Positions 25,572 through 38,145 are shown, counted from the first letter of the stretch. The stretch is DNA of 64,000 nucleotides from Tubulanus polymorphus (GCF_964204645.1 NC_134034.1:1674072-1738071), one strand, 5' to 3'. Notes: a model not told the origin generated them from the sequence alone. Made by a program: numbers and translations.

Positions 25572-26768
25572 CAACGAATGCGAATGCGAATGTTCATAAC
25601 GCCCCGACCATTTCCAAATGTTTCAAAACAACACTTAAGAGATAAAAATAAAAGGGAAAGGCATAAAAACGTAACAAAATGTATATACATTAACTATTTA
25701 CGATATATACTATTGGAGGATCAATATACATCTGAGCCGGTTATAATGAATTTGGCTAATTGGACCGTTGGACAACACGGAATACGAATACGAATATTTA
25801 CTACTCTCCTACCATTCCCATGGTATATGGAGGAAAAACAGTTCTTACAATTATTTAGAAAAAAAAACAGAAAATAAAAGTATTTCAAAATGTGACAAAC
25901 GACGATTACGATTACGATTACGATTACGATTACGATTTATTTACACTCCAACCATTTCCGTGGTATATGGAGGAAAACTATTACACATGTATATACAAAT
26001 ATTTACAAAACAACACTGAAGTGATTAAAATTTAGAGAACGACGATTACGATTACGATTACGATTACGATTACGATTACGATTTATTTACACTCCAACCA
26101 TTTCCATGGTATATGGAGGAAAACTATTACACATGTATATACAAATATTTACAAAACAACACTGAAGTGATTAAAATTTAGAGAACGACGATTACAATTA
26201 CGATTACGATTACGATTACGATTACGATTTATTTACACTCCAACCATTTCCATGGTATATGGAGGAAAACTATTACACATGTATATACAAATATTTACAA
26301 AACAACACTGAAGTGATTAAAATTTAGAGAACGACGATTACGATTACGATTACGATTACGATTACGATTACGATTTATTTACACTCCAACCATTTCCATG
26401 GTATATGGTGGAAAACTATTACACATTTATATACAAATATTTACAAAACAACACTGAAGTGATTAAAATTTAGAGAACGACGATTACGATTACGATTACG
26501 ATTACGATTACGATTTTATTCACACTCCAACCATTTCCATGGTATATAGAGGGGAAAACTATTACACATGTATATACAAATATTTACAAAACAAAACTGA
26601 AGTGATTAAAATTTAGAGAATTAAAACGTAACAAAATATATATACATCAACTATTTACAATACTAAATATACTATTGGAGGGATCTATATACATCTAAGC
26701 CGGTCTTAATGAATTTAGCTAAGTTGACCGTTGGGTTTTTCAGAATATCAACGGTATTAAAGGTATTC
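25572..26768 (-). mobile_element. Stack of 5'-truncated non-LTR retrotransposon 3' ends, including a 5-copy tandem of about 146 bp
   Basis: The minus strand encodes an ORF2-like C-terminus NTFNTVDILKNPTVNLAKFIKTGLDVYRSLQ*, then a T-rich UTR, AATAAA and a (TCGTAA)n tail; the terminal unit is repeated 5 times; two more related ends follow with (TATTCG)n and (CATTCG)n tails. Confidence 0.7.
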
Positions 26769-26789
26769 AAATTCAAAAAGTTTCAAGAT

Positions 26790-26855
26790 CTCCCCGGCCG
26801 GGAATCGAACCCGGGTCTCGCACGTGACAGGCGCGGATACTCACCACTATACTAC
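26790..26855 (-). pseudogene. trnD-GUC: tRNA-Asp(GUC) pseudogene lacking the first 6 nt of the acceptor stem
   Basis: Identical to the intact copies over 66 nt; the 5' TCCTCG is replaced by unrelated sequence. Confidence 0.9.
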
Positions 26856-27059
26856 TAATTACGCATCCACATTCTGCTGAGTCATTTTGTTAATCATATT
26901 TGTATAATTTGTGTATATTTTTTGTTACGGTACTTTGTTTGATTTTTTGTATGGGTGCTAGCGTTAAGCGGCCTTTCTGGCTTTGCTAGGCCTGTGTAGA
27001 TTGTATATATGTTTACATATTGTATTCTATGCAAATAAAATCTATTGAATTGAATTGAA
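26856..27059 (+). mobile_element. Probable LINE 3' fragment abutting the tRNA pseudogene
   Basis: T-rich tract ending AATAAAATCT(ATTGA)3; begins exactly where tRNA homology stops. Confidence 0.5.
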
Positions 27060-27325
27060 CATAGGTGACGCCACCTAGTGGCAGTTATTGGTAAACGAGC
27101 GAATCGATTCTGTTGGAAATGTCGTTATTTGATAAGAATACGCTTTAAAATACCCCGTATGACGTCACAGAACATGAAGATATTCTCTCAGTAAAAGACG
27201 TCGATCGATGAGAACAATAGTTAAGTGTATCGATGTACACGATGTGTATTTGTGATATGATTTGAACACCGGTCACATAACAACCGGGTCAGTCATATAT
27301 ATAAAATGGCGGAGGTTACGTAATC

Positions 27326-27488
27326 ATACTTACCTGGCACAGGGGTGCTCACCGTGATCTGGAAGGCGGTGCCCCTATGGCGAGGCCTGTCATTGCACAG
27401 AGACTGGTTGACCCATACGATCTCCCCAAATGTGGGAGACTCGGGTGTACAATTTCTGGTAGTGGGGACTGCGTACGCGCTATCCCCT
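27326..27488 (+). ncRNA. RNU1: U1 spliceosomal snRNA
   Basis: 5' ATACTTACCTGG, SL1, SL2 loop ATTGCAC (U1A site), SL3 TCTCCCCAAATGTGGGAGA, Sm site AATTTCTGG, SL4 GGGGACTGCGTACGCGCTATCCCC; compensatory stem changes versus human U1; 3'-box-like AAAACAGA downstream. Confidence 0.96.
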
Positions 27489-29189
27489 CCATACAACAAA
27501 ATAAAACAGACTGACATCGATCCCTTATCACTGTACTATCTAATATAGGGCGGTCTATGTGCCCTGGAGGATTCATGAAAAATACTGGACCAACCCTATT
27601 ATTCCCTGCATAGTGTCTTCAATCTTCGTTTAGTTCCCTGTTGAAAAACTAGAGTTCGATGCTCATAAGTACTGTTTTGAGTTACCAGAAAGCGCCGAAC
27701 GCCAAACATTTTTTGTAACAATGATTTACTATACCTAAAGAATCGCTTCCTTATTACTACTTCAGATTTAGAAAATTGATCTTCTGTTGTTTTGTGCTTA
27801 AAATTGATGACTTCAAAAAGCCTCTGAAATGCGTCCAGGCTTCATTTTCTTTAAAAATCCTCTGGACAGACCCCCTTGTTGTCCTGGGATCATAAGTCCA
27901 ACTTCTTCACCCCCCCCCCTCCCCCAACTGACCTCCTGGACCCCCTCCGTTATACACGAATAAGGTTCGAATCCGAGGACGGGCGGTTTTTGAGCGAGTG
28001 ACGCGAGCGATTGGTAGTCTGTGGTAATTGCGGTTAGATTCCTACTCCACACGCGACGTGCCTCGAGGCGGTAGCTTTGACTCGTCGCGCGCGGTCTTTT
28101 AACCGGAAATTACCCTCGGTGCGGTAACCCCACCCCCTTTACCTCAACAGTCTTATTAAAAACCTTTTTAAACCGTTGCATTGAAAATCGGCGGAATTTC
28201 GAAAAATGTTGAAATCTGTCTGCGGGCGACGAATGGGGTTTAAACGCACCTAATTGAGTCGCGAAATAATGGTTACATCCGCAACGTTGAAAAATAATCC
28301 TTCGCGAAATTTTTAAGCAACGTTACATCATTTTGCGAAGCTGATTACGCGGATTCAAATTGCTTCAACTCGGCGTGAGAACTTGGATTTATCGATAATT
28401 GAATTGAATTGACCGGCAACCAGTCTAGCCCCCATATATTGATGGCGTAGTGGACGCGTCCTCTCAAAAATAATTATTTAGAATGTATCAAAAATGAAAT
28501 AAGAGTTCTCACTACAAAATAAACGCCGAAATTCACGATCGTTATTTTGAAAGGCCAATATCGATGACGTAGTGCACAACGACTCACACACGACCCCATT
28601 GTAGTTATCAATGTATATTAACACTATTGTAACGGTTTTTACAGCGTAAAATACGAGATCCGTTCATCAAAAATTACAATCAAAATTCAACCCGACGACG
28701 GTCTCTGGAGAGACAGAGTCGCAAACGTCGTGTCGCTTTTGTTGTTTGTTTGTGATTATCTCGATAAATATAAATGTTTGAATATAATCGGTTTCGAACG
28801 CGTACAATTTCAAAAACCTTGCATCGGCCCAGAACGCACTGAATACAGTCAATTTACTTTATATATTGAAATGAACTTTGTCTCTGGTGGAATATTGCAA
28901 CTGTGTACGAATTAATTCTCGGCACCTACCGCGGAATGAATCCAGTTTCATATTTGCTTAAAACATCACGAGTTCTGCATTTCATCGTGCATCGATTGAT
29001 ATGAGTAGTATCATCATCGTCATCTTCATCGGCAGTACTGGTCGATTTAATCCGTTCTCGCGTTTCTCTCTCTCTTTTTAATCGTCGTGCGCGTTTTTAA
29101 ATCAGACGACAGGATTTTGTGAACTGTTTGAAATGCACTTCTCCGGGACAATGGCACCGTCATCCTTTATTTATGGAACTGTCATCCTT

Positions 29190-29774
<585 letters not shown>

Positions 29775-29844
29775 CGGCTTTTACAGTTACACAGTTCACT
29801 CGTTTAATAATCGACGCATATGAATTTGATTTAGAACTAAACTA

Positions 29845-30110
29845 AATCAAACCCACACAACTGTGGAACTGGGTCCATAGTCAAAGCAAACCCACATAAC
29901 TGTTGAACTGGGTCCAGAGTCAAATTAAACCCACACAACTGTGGAACTGGATTCAGAGTCAAATTAAACCCACACAACTGTGGAACCGGGTCCAGAGTCA
30001 AATTAAAACCCATACAACTGTGGAACTGGGTCCAGAGTCAAATTAAATCCCATACAACTGTGGAACTGGGTTCAGAGTGATATTCAACCGACACAACTGT
30101 AAAACTGGAA
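29845..30110. repeat. 39-bp minisatellite (family A)
   Basis: About 7 copies of the same unit as 14225-14700. Confidence 0.9.
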
Positions 30111-30401
30111 CCCGCTAAAACAGGTATAAATCTAGGTCAGCTTTTTATCTACATCACGTGTTTGATGAAGAAACCGCGTCTATTCAACTTTTAATTAACG
30201 TTACACGTATTTTAATTAGCCTGGAATTAATTAATCGGTTTCAATTAACAATTTAAAAACATTTCCATTTTCAGCTCGAGGCTGTACATACATCACAACG
30301 AGGCTAAACGCTTTGAATGACGTCACAATGTTTTTTTCAAATCTCAAACAACGGCTGTCTACAATCGAGATATTCAAGACAAAATTCGGGTCTCAGCCTA
30401 A

Positions 30402-30578
30402 AGCCCAACGCACACTGCAAAAAAATTGTTTCGCCGAAACAGAAAACACGTCTTTCAGAAAACGTTTTTTGCTCGTGAAAAACGTTTTTCAGTTCGGAAT
30501 TTTTTTGTTTTGCCTCCTCCGCACACGGCATGACGAAAAACATCGAAAACGTTTTCTCGGTGCCGTGTGCGTTGGGTT
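30402..30578. mobile_element. MITE, PIF/Harbinger-like
   Basis: TIRs AGCCCAACGCACAC / GTGTGCGTTGGGTT with a TAA duplication. Confidence 0.65.
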
Positions 30579-33223
30579 TAAGACCGCTCTGAGCCTAGAC
30601 CGAATCCGAGTCTGGACTTTGTTACTGGACCTGGGAATGAGCATAGCATGGTCATACTGTGGACCAAAATGAGTCGAGGCCGGTCTGATGTAATAGGTTT
30701 TTAAGTGTAAAAGTCTGTCTGATTTTAATGTAATTTCTTAATAGTAGAACTGCACCGAAATGACCTAAACCCGGTTTTATCTCAACTCCCTAATCGCAGA
30801 ACCGTGACGTCATCTGCAGGATGAACTGGACGAAATTAATTCGAGACAATGAATATTCTAAATCTCAACTATCGAATTAAGCATGTGTCAGTTCATACGA
30901 ATTTAATCAATTTTGCTCGGTGGGAGAGATGTTGGTTGGAGGGGTGCCATGGTATTAGGGGTCAGTTGCTCGTTGTAATATTGTGCAGTTGACAGGTATT
31001 CAAACTGACTCCGGTTCCGCGACCCTCATTTCACACCATGTACCGTATATACTAATGTTTGTACGCACTCTAATCAACTTTTGATTGATAACATCCGCGC
31101 AGATTCTGACAATGATACAGCGGCTGAGATCGGACATCAATCCAGATTCTGACAATGATACGGCCAGCGATGGACAATGATGTAAATATACATATATATA
31201 TCATACATACATCATATTGGATTTAATGATCGGGACTGGTTCTCGTCTCTGTCATAGTTAATGACATAACTCGCCTGCCGGGGCTCACTTCAACATAAAT
31301 CCTGCCCGAAGGTTCTCGATTAGCTGGACTGGTTACCGACAACACGGTAACTGCGGCAAGCGAGAATCCGATAGGTGCGCTTGTAGTAATTCACTCGTTC
31401 TTGCGCGCTTTTATATTTTCGCTACATTTCAATTAGGATCTGGCAATGCTAAGGGATTCCAATTGTGGCAAGTGAGGATCCACCAGGTGTCTCTAGTGGT
31501 TTTTTTTCTCTTTCAATTAAATCATATCAATGAAAACAATTCGAATACCAAACATTGAGGATTGAAAAATAGTGACGTCTTAGATCGTATCTATTTACGG
31601 GAGTTTAGAAAGCGAGACTTCGAATCTGAAAATTGACTATCATCGATTCACGTTAAACCTACTGTTAGTCACGCCATCTGGCGTGGGCTGCCGGTACCTC
31701 ATTCTGTGGGATATTTCCTAATTTCGCAGCTGTTTCCGAGATGAGAGACTGAAGGTTGACAGACGGCTGCACGCAGATGACGGGGTACCGCGACGACGGA
31801 GGGACCGATTTCTAATCGATTTTCGTAGCTATCGTCTGCGCCGTCGAAGAGATAATCTACACGTGACGCATCGGGAAAAACACGAGAACGGTTTGAAACC
31901 GGGTCGATAATATCGATCGGATATTCCGATATACGAATCCGGCGCTTCGCCTGAGAGCGAATTGACGAAAATAGACTTCAACTCAATTTCGATAAATTAT
32001 CAATTTCTGTTTTTAGATTAAGTCGAAAATATTCAGAGAAAAAAATAAGACGAACTGCATTGAATATAACAAGAATATTACTCACCGCCGCCGCTAAGGG
32101 GCGTTCTTTATTTCGATGATGAAATCAGCAAAGAATCAGTAAAATGTATCTTATCAACTCGCATTCTTCGAAACGACGGACAAAAATAGGCTCTTTTAAA
32201 GATTTAATATTTTGATGAACTTCTCATCAACGATAATCATTAAGACAACATACAATTTCTAGGATTTAGTATTTTTTAACAACGAATTTAAGTAAACGTA
32301 ATGATGTTGAGAATATGAAGTTTTTTAATTAATTACTGAATACAAATTGTCGCTTAGAGAATTATCTATTCTACACACATCGAGGGGCCTAGGAATGATA
32401 GAATAGTGATGTTCTGAATTTTTCAAGAATAAATGATTTCTACTATTTTTACTCCATATATAGCTCTACGTCTTGCGAACACTTTACCGCTAGTTCTAAG
32501 CCTTTTGCAAAATCTTTTTTTTTCTGGCTCTCAATCTTCGTGAAATTTGTTTTTTTCGTAAGTTAACTTACGTTTTCACTAGTTCTAAATCATCGTGAAA
32601 TCATTGCTTTTTCGCTGATTCTAAATCTTTGTAAAATTGTTTTTTCGCCAGTTCTAAAATTTCATGAAATTTCATTTTTCGTTAGTTCGAAATCTTTGTA
32701 AAAATGCCTTTCCTTCACTAATTCTAAATCGATCTACAACACTAAAATCTGTAAATCTAAAATTACGTCTAATAAAAGTTCGGTAATATTTTTTTTCGAA
32801 TTTCTAATAAATCACGTGGTCAGTACTAATTCTATACTTGCCCCAAATTAGTTCTTTTTTCTAAATCCAAACGCGGCTTATTCATCGGAATATCCCACAA
32901 GTCACTATTCCGGAAGTCGGGTTGTTCTTACCGCCGGCCGCAGTCCAACGCTAATCACCTATCACGCGGTTCCGGACATCCGTGCGCACCGGAAGTATTT
33001 ATTATTCGTTACCTTCAAAATGTTTTTCTAAATTTTCCGAGTTTTCTTTCCAAACTTTTTTTTTACATTTTCCAAGTTTGTAACATTTCTTCGCGTTACA
33101 AAAACACATGAGATATTGATAGTAATCATTATAACAGTAATAATAATAATCATAATAATAATAATTATGATGAACTGATAGTAATTTCGGTACTCGTCGT
33201 GGCTTTAATTTTCTGCTTTAGAG

Positions 33224-33918
33224 TTAATCGTGCCAGGTCTGATAGCGGGTCGGAGCGCCGTCGAATCCGTCCGCGGTTTGGGCGCCGAATCGCAGCGGGC
33301 GGGCGAAATAGTTCTTCCACTGTTGCATACGCGCGTTACCGCCGGCCCCGAAACTGCCCTTGCCGCCGCCGAAACGTTTCCGCAAAATCGCTTTCTTCCA
33401 TTTTTGAAACTTGCCGTCCGAGTCGGATTCGAACCCGCTATCGCCCGCGCCGAAACTGCGTTTCTTGTTCCAATTTTGGAATTTGGTATCGGATCCGAAC
33501 GCCTCGTCGCCGCCGGCGAAACCGCGTTTCCTCTTCCAACTCTGGAACTTGTCGGCATCGGAGTTTGCGAAAATCTCGCTCAAATCGTCGCCGGCGAACG
33601 CTCGTTTTTTATTCCAATTTTGAAACGGGTGGGCGGCTCCGAAAACCGACCCTTCATCGGCGTCGAGGCCGGCACGTTTTTTCTTCTTCCACGCTTGGAA
33701 CTTGCCGTGACCCCCCGTGAAGCTGTCATCGGCCTTGTCGTTATCGGCGAAATTTCGTTTTTCCAATGTTGTAAGTTAGCGTGGGACGATCCGCCGTGGA
33801 ATTCCTGATCGTCTGCTCCGAAGTTACGCTTCTCGGCCGCAGCGGCAGACGACTCGACCACAACGACCACGATTAAAAACAGTACAACGCTTAAATTCAC
33901 GAATTGCCAACTCACCAT
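33224..33918 (-). CDS. Intronless neuropeptide-type precursor (about 231 aa if the frame is restored) with 8 related (F/L/M/Y)QxW peptides; 1-nt frameshift at 33758-33762
   Basis: ORF 33918-33580 supplies the signal peptide MVSWQFVNLSVVLFLIVVVVVESSA, KR and peptide 1. ORF 33766-33224 supplies seven homologous peptides separated by basic sites (KKR, KRKR, RKR, single K/R). One extra A in TGG-AAAAA-CGA joins them as ..HWKKRNF.. Confidence 0.88.
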
Positions 33919-33919
33919 T

Positions 33920-34285
33920 GTTACGTATTGTTACGTGATGCACGTACGAACTTTTACGTTATATAAATATGTACAAAAACGTAGGTTTTTGACGTTAAAA
34001 GCGTTCAGTCCAGTTGAGTCGCTAGTTACGCTTTGTAGAGCGTTTTTGCTGACGTTATATGCGTTGACGTTTAAACGTAGTTAAACTAGCGTTGTTATAA
34101 TCAAACGACACAGCACGTTGACGTTAGAACGTTAGACGCCGTCGCGGACTCTCTATCTCTACGTGACGTTACTTTACGTCGCGATTATATACCTACGTAT
34201 CTCGTCTGCTCCGCTGCGCTTGATCGTCACGTGATAGGTCAACTTGCCGCAACGACTCGCGTTACGTTGGCGGTTGACGTGTTAG
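33920..34285 (-). promoter_or_regulatory. Putative promoter/5' region of the peptide gene with a dense ACGT (CRE/bZIP/E-box core) cluster
   Basis: 19 ACGT tetramers (6 as TGACGT, 1 as CACGTG) in about 360 bp; TATA-like elements at 33959-33967 and 34184-34191 on the minus strand. Confidence 0.6.
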
Positions 34286-34859
34286 AAACTTTCTCCCGCT
34301 CTTAGACTGGCGTCCGGATAATTATAGACCGGTGTCCAGACATAGACTGGTATCCTCATATAGTCTCCTGACAGAATGATCGGTTATCCTGATGCTTAAA
34401 GACTGATCTCTCACAAATTGAGACCGGAGATAAATAGACGGGTTCCCGACGACTCGTAGACTGGTGTCCATTTGAATGAGAGCAATGTAGATTTCTATAC
34501 AAGCAAAAATTTCCACCACGAGTGAAAAGAAAACATTTAGAATATTTTGGATCCGGCGCCAATTTGGTGATTTTATCACTAGGAATTGTGCGAAGACTGT
34601 TTTCTAAGATTCTACCCTTCCATCCATCCATGTGCTGGGTTTTTTCGCAATTTCTACAAATTGTATTTGGTAACGGGACGCGCTTATTGCTGGTGGTGGT
34701 TTTTTTTCTGTTTCATTGTACGGTATCACTGTGTGTAGTGCGGCCGAGGGTGCAATATATGATTGTTTCACCGATCGATCTACAACAGACGAGTTTAGAA
34801 TACTTATTATATTTTTACATGTTATTTTCAATACACAATTCACTTCCTCTCTCACTTCC

Positions 34860-35600
<741 letters not shown>

Positions 35601-38145
35601 TCAATTGTATATTCCTAGCATCATTCAAGCGCAGTAGTGAAGGATTCCAGTAGATTTCCCAGTTGAGTTCCGATCATAGAACCGTACATGGTTTATGTTG
35701 TTATATATGCGCGGTGAACAGTGTTTTTTTTCGACTGACTTTGATGAGTTAATTGTGAGAAAGACCACGCGTAGGAATTGGCCGCCGCTCCCCGGATATA
35801 CATATCTATTTTGTTAATGAAACAAGTAAAACAACTTGGCGCTTTGAAAAATGACAAAATATATGCTTAACATCATATAAATTACCCAATATTAAGGAAC
35901 AACAAAGTCGTTTTGGATCTGAATATATCGATGATTGAATCGAGTTGACCGGTAACCAGTCTATTAGTTCCACATATTCGGTGAAAAAAACATTCGCAAC
36001 GGACTTATTTTGACGAAGCTTTGCCTAAAACTGTAGAACCGGAAGTCTTTGTTGTGAATGAAATGTGAATGAAAGCCAACTGTTTTATTATGTGATGACA
36101 CGATTCGTTTTTTTCGCAACGCCCTCTCGTGTTATCGACAGGTGTAACTTTCTTTCCTATATCGGACAAAAGCAGATAGGAAAATAGACACGGCTGGTGG
36201 AGTTTGTTTCATATATCCCGGACAACGGGACAACTACTAAAGTCTTCGTTAATAAATCCGTAGGCGAGTCTTACCCGTAGCTTCCCCTTCCAGTCGGAAC
36301 CCGCAACATGTGTGCGTGCATGCATGCGTGATAGAGTGCGTGATAACGCAACCCGATATGATATCAAACCACGTGACGCCGCCGATTCGCGATCAATTTC
36401 AAATTCGGCGTTTAATGAATAACAACAACACGTGATGACGTCATCGATGACTCGGTGTCGCTTTTGAAATTGAACAATAACAAAAAGTTTCTCGAGAGAT
36501 AAGTTAATTCGCCTTCACTCGACTGTGGCAGGCGAGGATTGGGGATCCGACGCCGGAATGCGATTCGGGTGATTGAGGTCAGCTGCACGCTTACCTTGTT
36601 GTACGCGACTCGGGTTCGAATCCCGAATTCGGGACGCATTTTTGAACTCGATACAAGATGGTTTTTTACGGTTATTTCAAACTCTCTTCTCAAAGTCTTC
36701 CCTTATTTTCATCACTTAATCACACAGCACACATTCCTATTACGCTTTTGGTTCTGGGGGTACCTTCTTTCCGACCCCAGATTTTTAGAAATCTTTGCCG
36801 TCATCAACCTATATCGCAGCGAATCGGTTATCAGTTCCTCCGATATCCACTAGGGGGCGATAGTCTCAGTACACCAAACAGCCACGAGGGTAACGCGTTT
36901 ATCAAAACAATCTATACTCAATTAGTACAGTCGATATCCGCTAGGGGGATAGATTAATACATCTGAAGACTCGATCGCTAGTTATCTGAAGAATCGATTA
37001 GTACCGCTGACTGTAGCTAGGGGGCTCTGGTAATTGTTAATAAAGAGAATAAAGATTTTCATAATGAAAGCTACCGGATATCCGGTCTAGCCGGTAATTC
37101 GTGGTGGTGATTGAATAAATTAAGCATTAGAAACGAGGCTGGTCACGTGACTACGGAGCGAGTTCAGATTGGTCTTTGATGAAAGGAAAAAAGCAAGAAA
37201 TGAACAGAAAATTGTCGCAATTCTACAAGAGCTAGGACCAAGAACAAGCTTCCAAACAATTTAAAGATATTTTATTTGCTATCGGTTATTTCATATTTTC
37301 AATTCAAACTTTACTGTTTTTAGATAATGAAATTAAACTTTTACTCTGCATATCTGAAGAGACTTACATGAAGCCTTTTCTCACTGTGGTATCATCACAA
37401 ACAAACAAATGGTTTTGATAAATAAATCCATGAAACCACGCATAATATATAATAATCCTGTTTGTCCGTTATTCATGTTTCTAGCTTAAGGATTTCATGA
37501 AATTCGACTATGTGAAATCGTGTAATCTGTAAAATCAAATATTATATTACATCTTATATTCACTCTTAGGTTTGGAGAAGGGAGAGCGGGCGACGGGGTT
37601 AAAAGGTAAGACGTTGATAAGACTTGTCGGTATGAAAGGTAAGTATATCGCTCTGAGATGAAACGATACGATACACGCGCGCGGTTAGTGTAACCAACGG
37701 CTGAACGCAGCAGACGCGATCAAAGAACACGTGTTTATCTCAGGTAATTACTAAAGGTAAGACCTTTAGGGTGATAAGCGAATTGTGTGACTTATCAGAC
37801 GACGCAGAGACGAGTCGGTCGGCTGTTTTGTGTTTTATCAGTTGCTTACCAGGTGTGTGTTCGTCGCCTGTGTTGATTGAGCTTATCAGCCGGCGAAGCT
37901 GTGGTCAAACACGACCACAAACTTACCGCCATCCTGTAACCTTTGCTGATTGGCTGTTACTCACTGAGCGATTGCATTGTGGGGGCGAAGTGCGTGGTTG
38001 TATCCGGGTTCTCAACCGTGACGTAAAGGATTTTGTATTCGTCCCCACAAAAAAAATGTCAGTGCACGTCATGCAGCTTGGATCCTTCCTACCAATTCAC
38101 TGTTTTTAAAGCGTGAAGTCTTTGAATAATCTTTATGAAAAAGAT

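Noticed and set aside
27293-27576. Three short ORFs over the U1 locus
   Set aside because: Incidental frames across the snRNA gene.
33199-33808. 192-aa and 173-aa plus-strand ORFs opposite the peptide precursor
   Set aside because: Antisense shadows of a GC-rich, codon-biased CDS; no independent protein features.
33735-33915. Intron explanation for the peptide-gene frameshift (ATG|GTGAGT or C|GTAACT donors with ACAAG/GACAG acceptors)
   Set aside because: No polypyrimidine tract. The only in-frame option removes the signal peptide and peptide 1, which are clearly coding-like.
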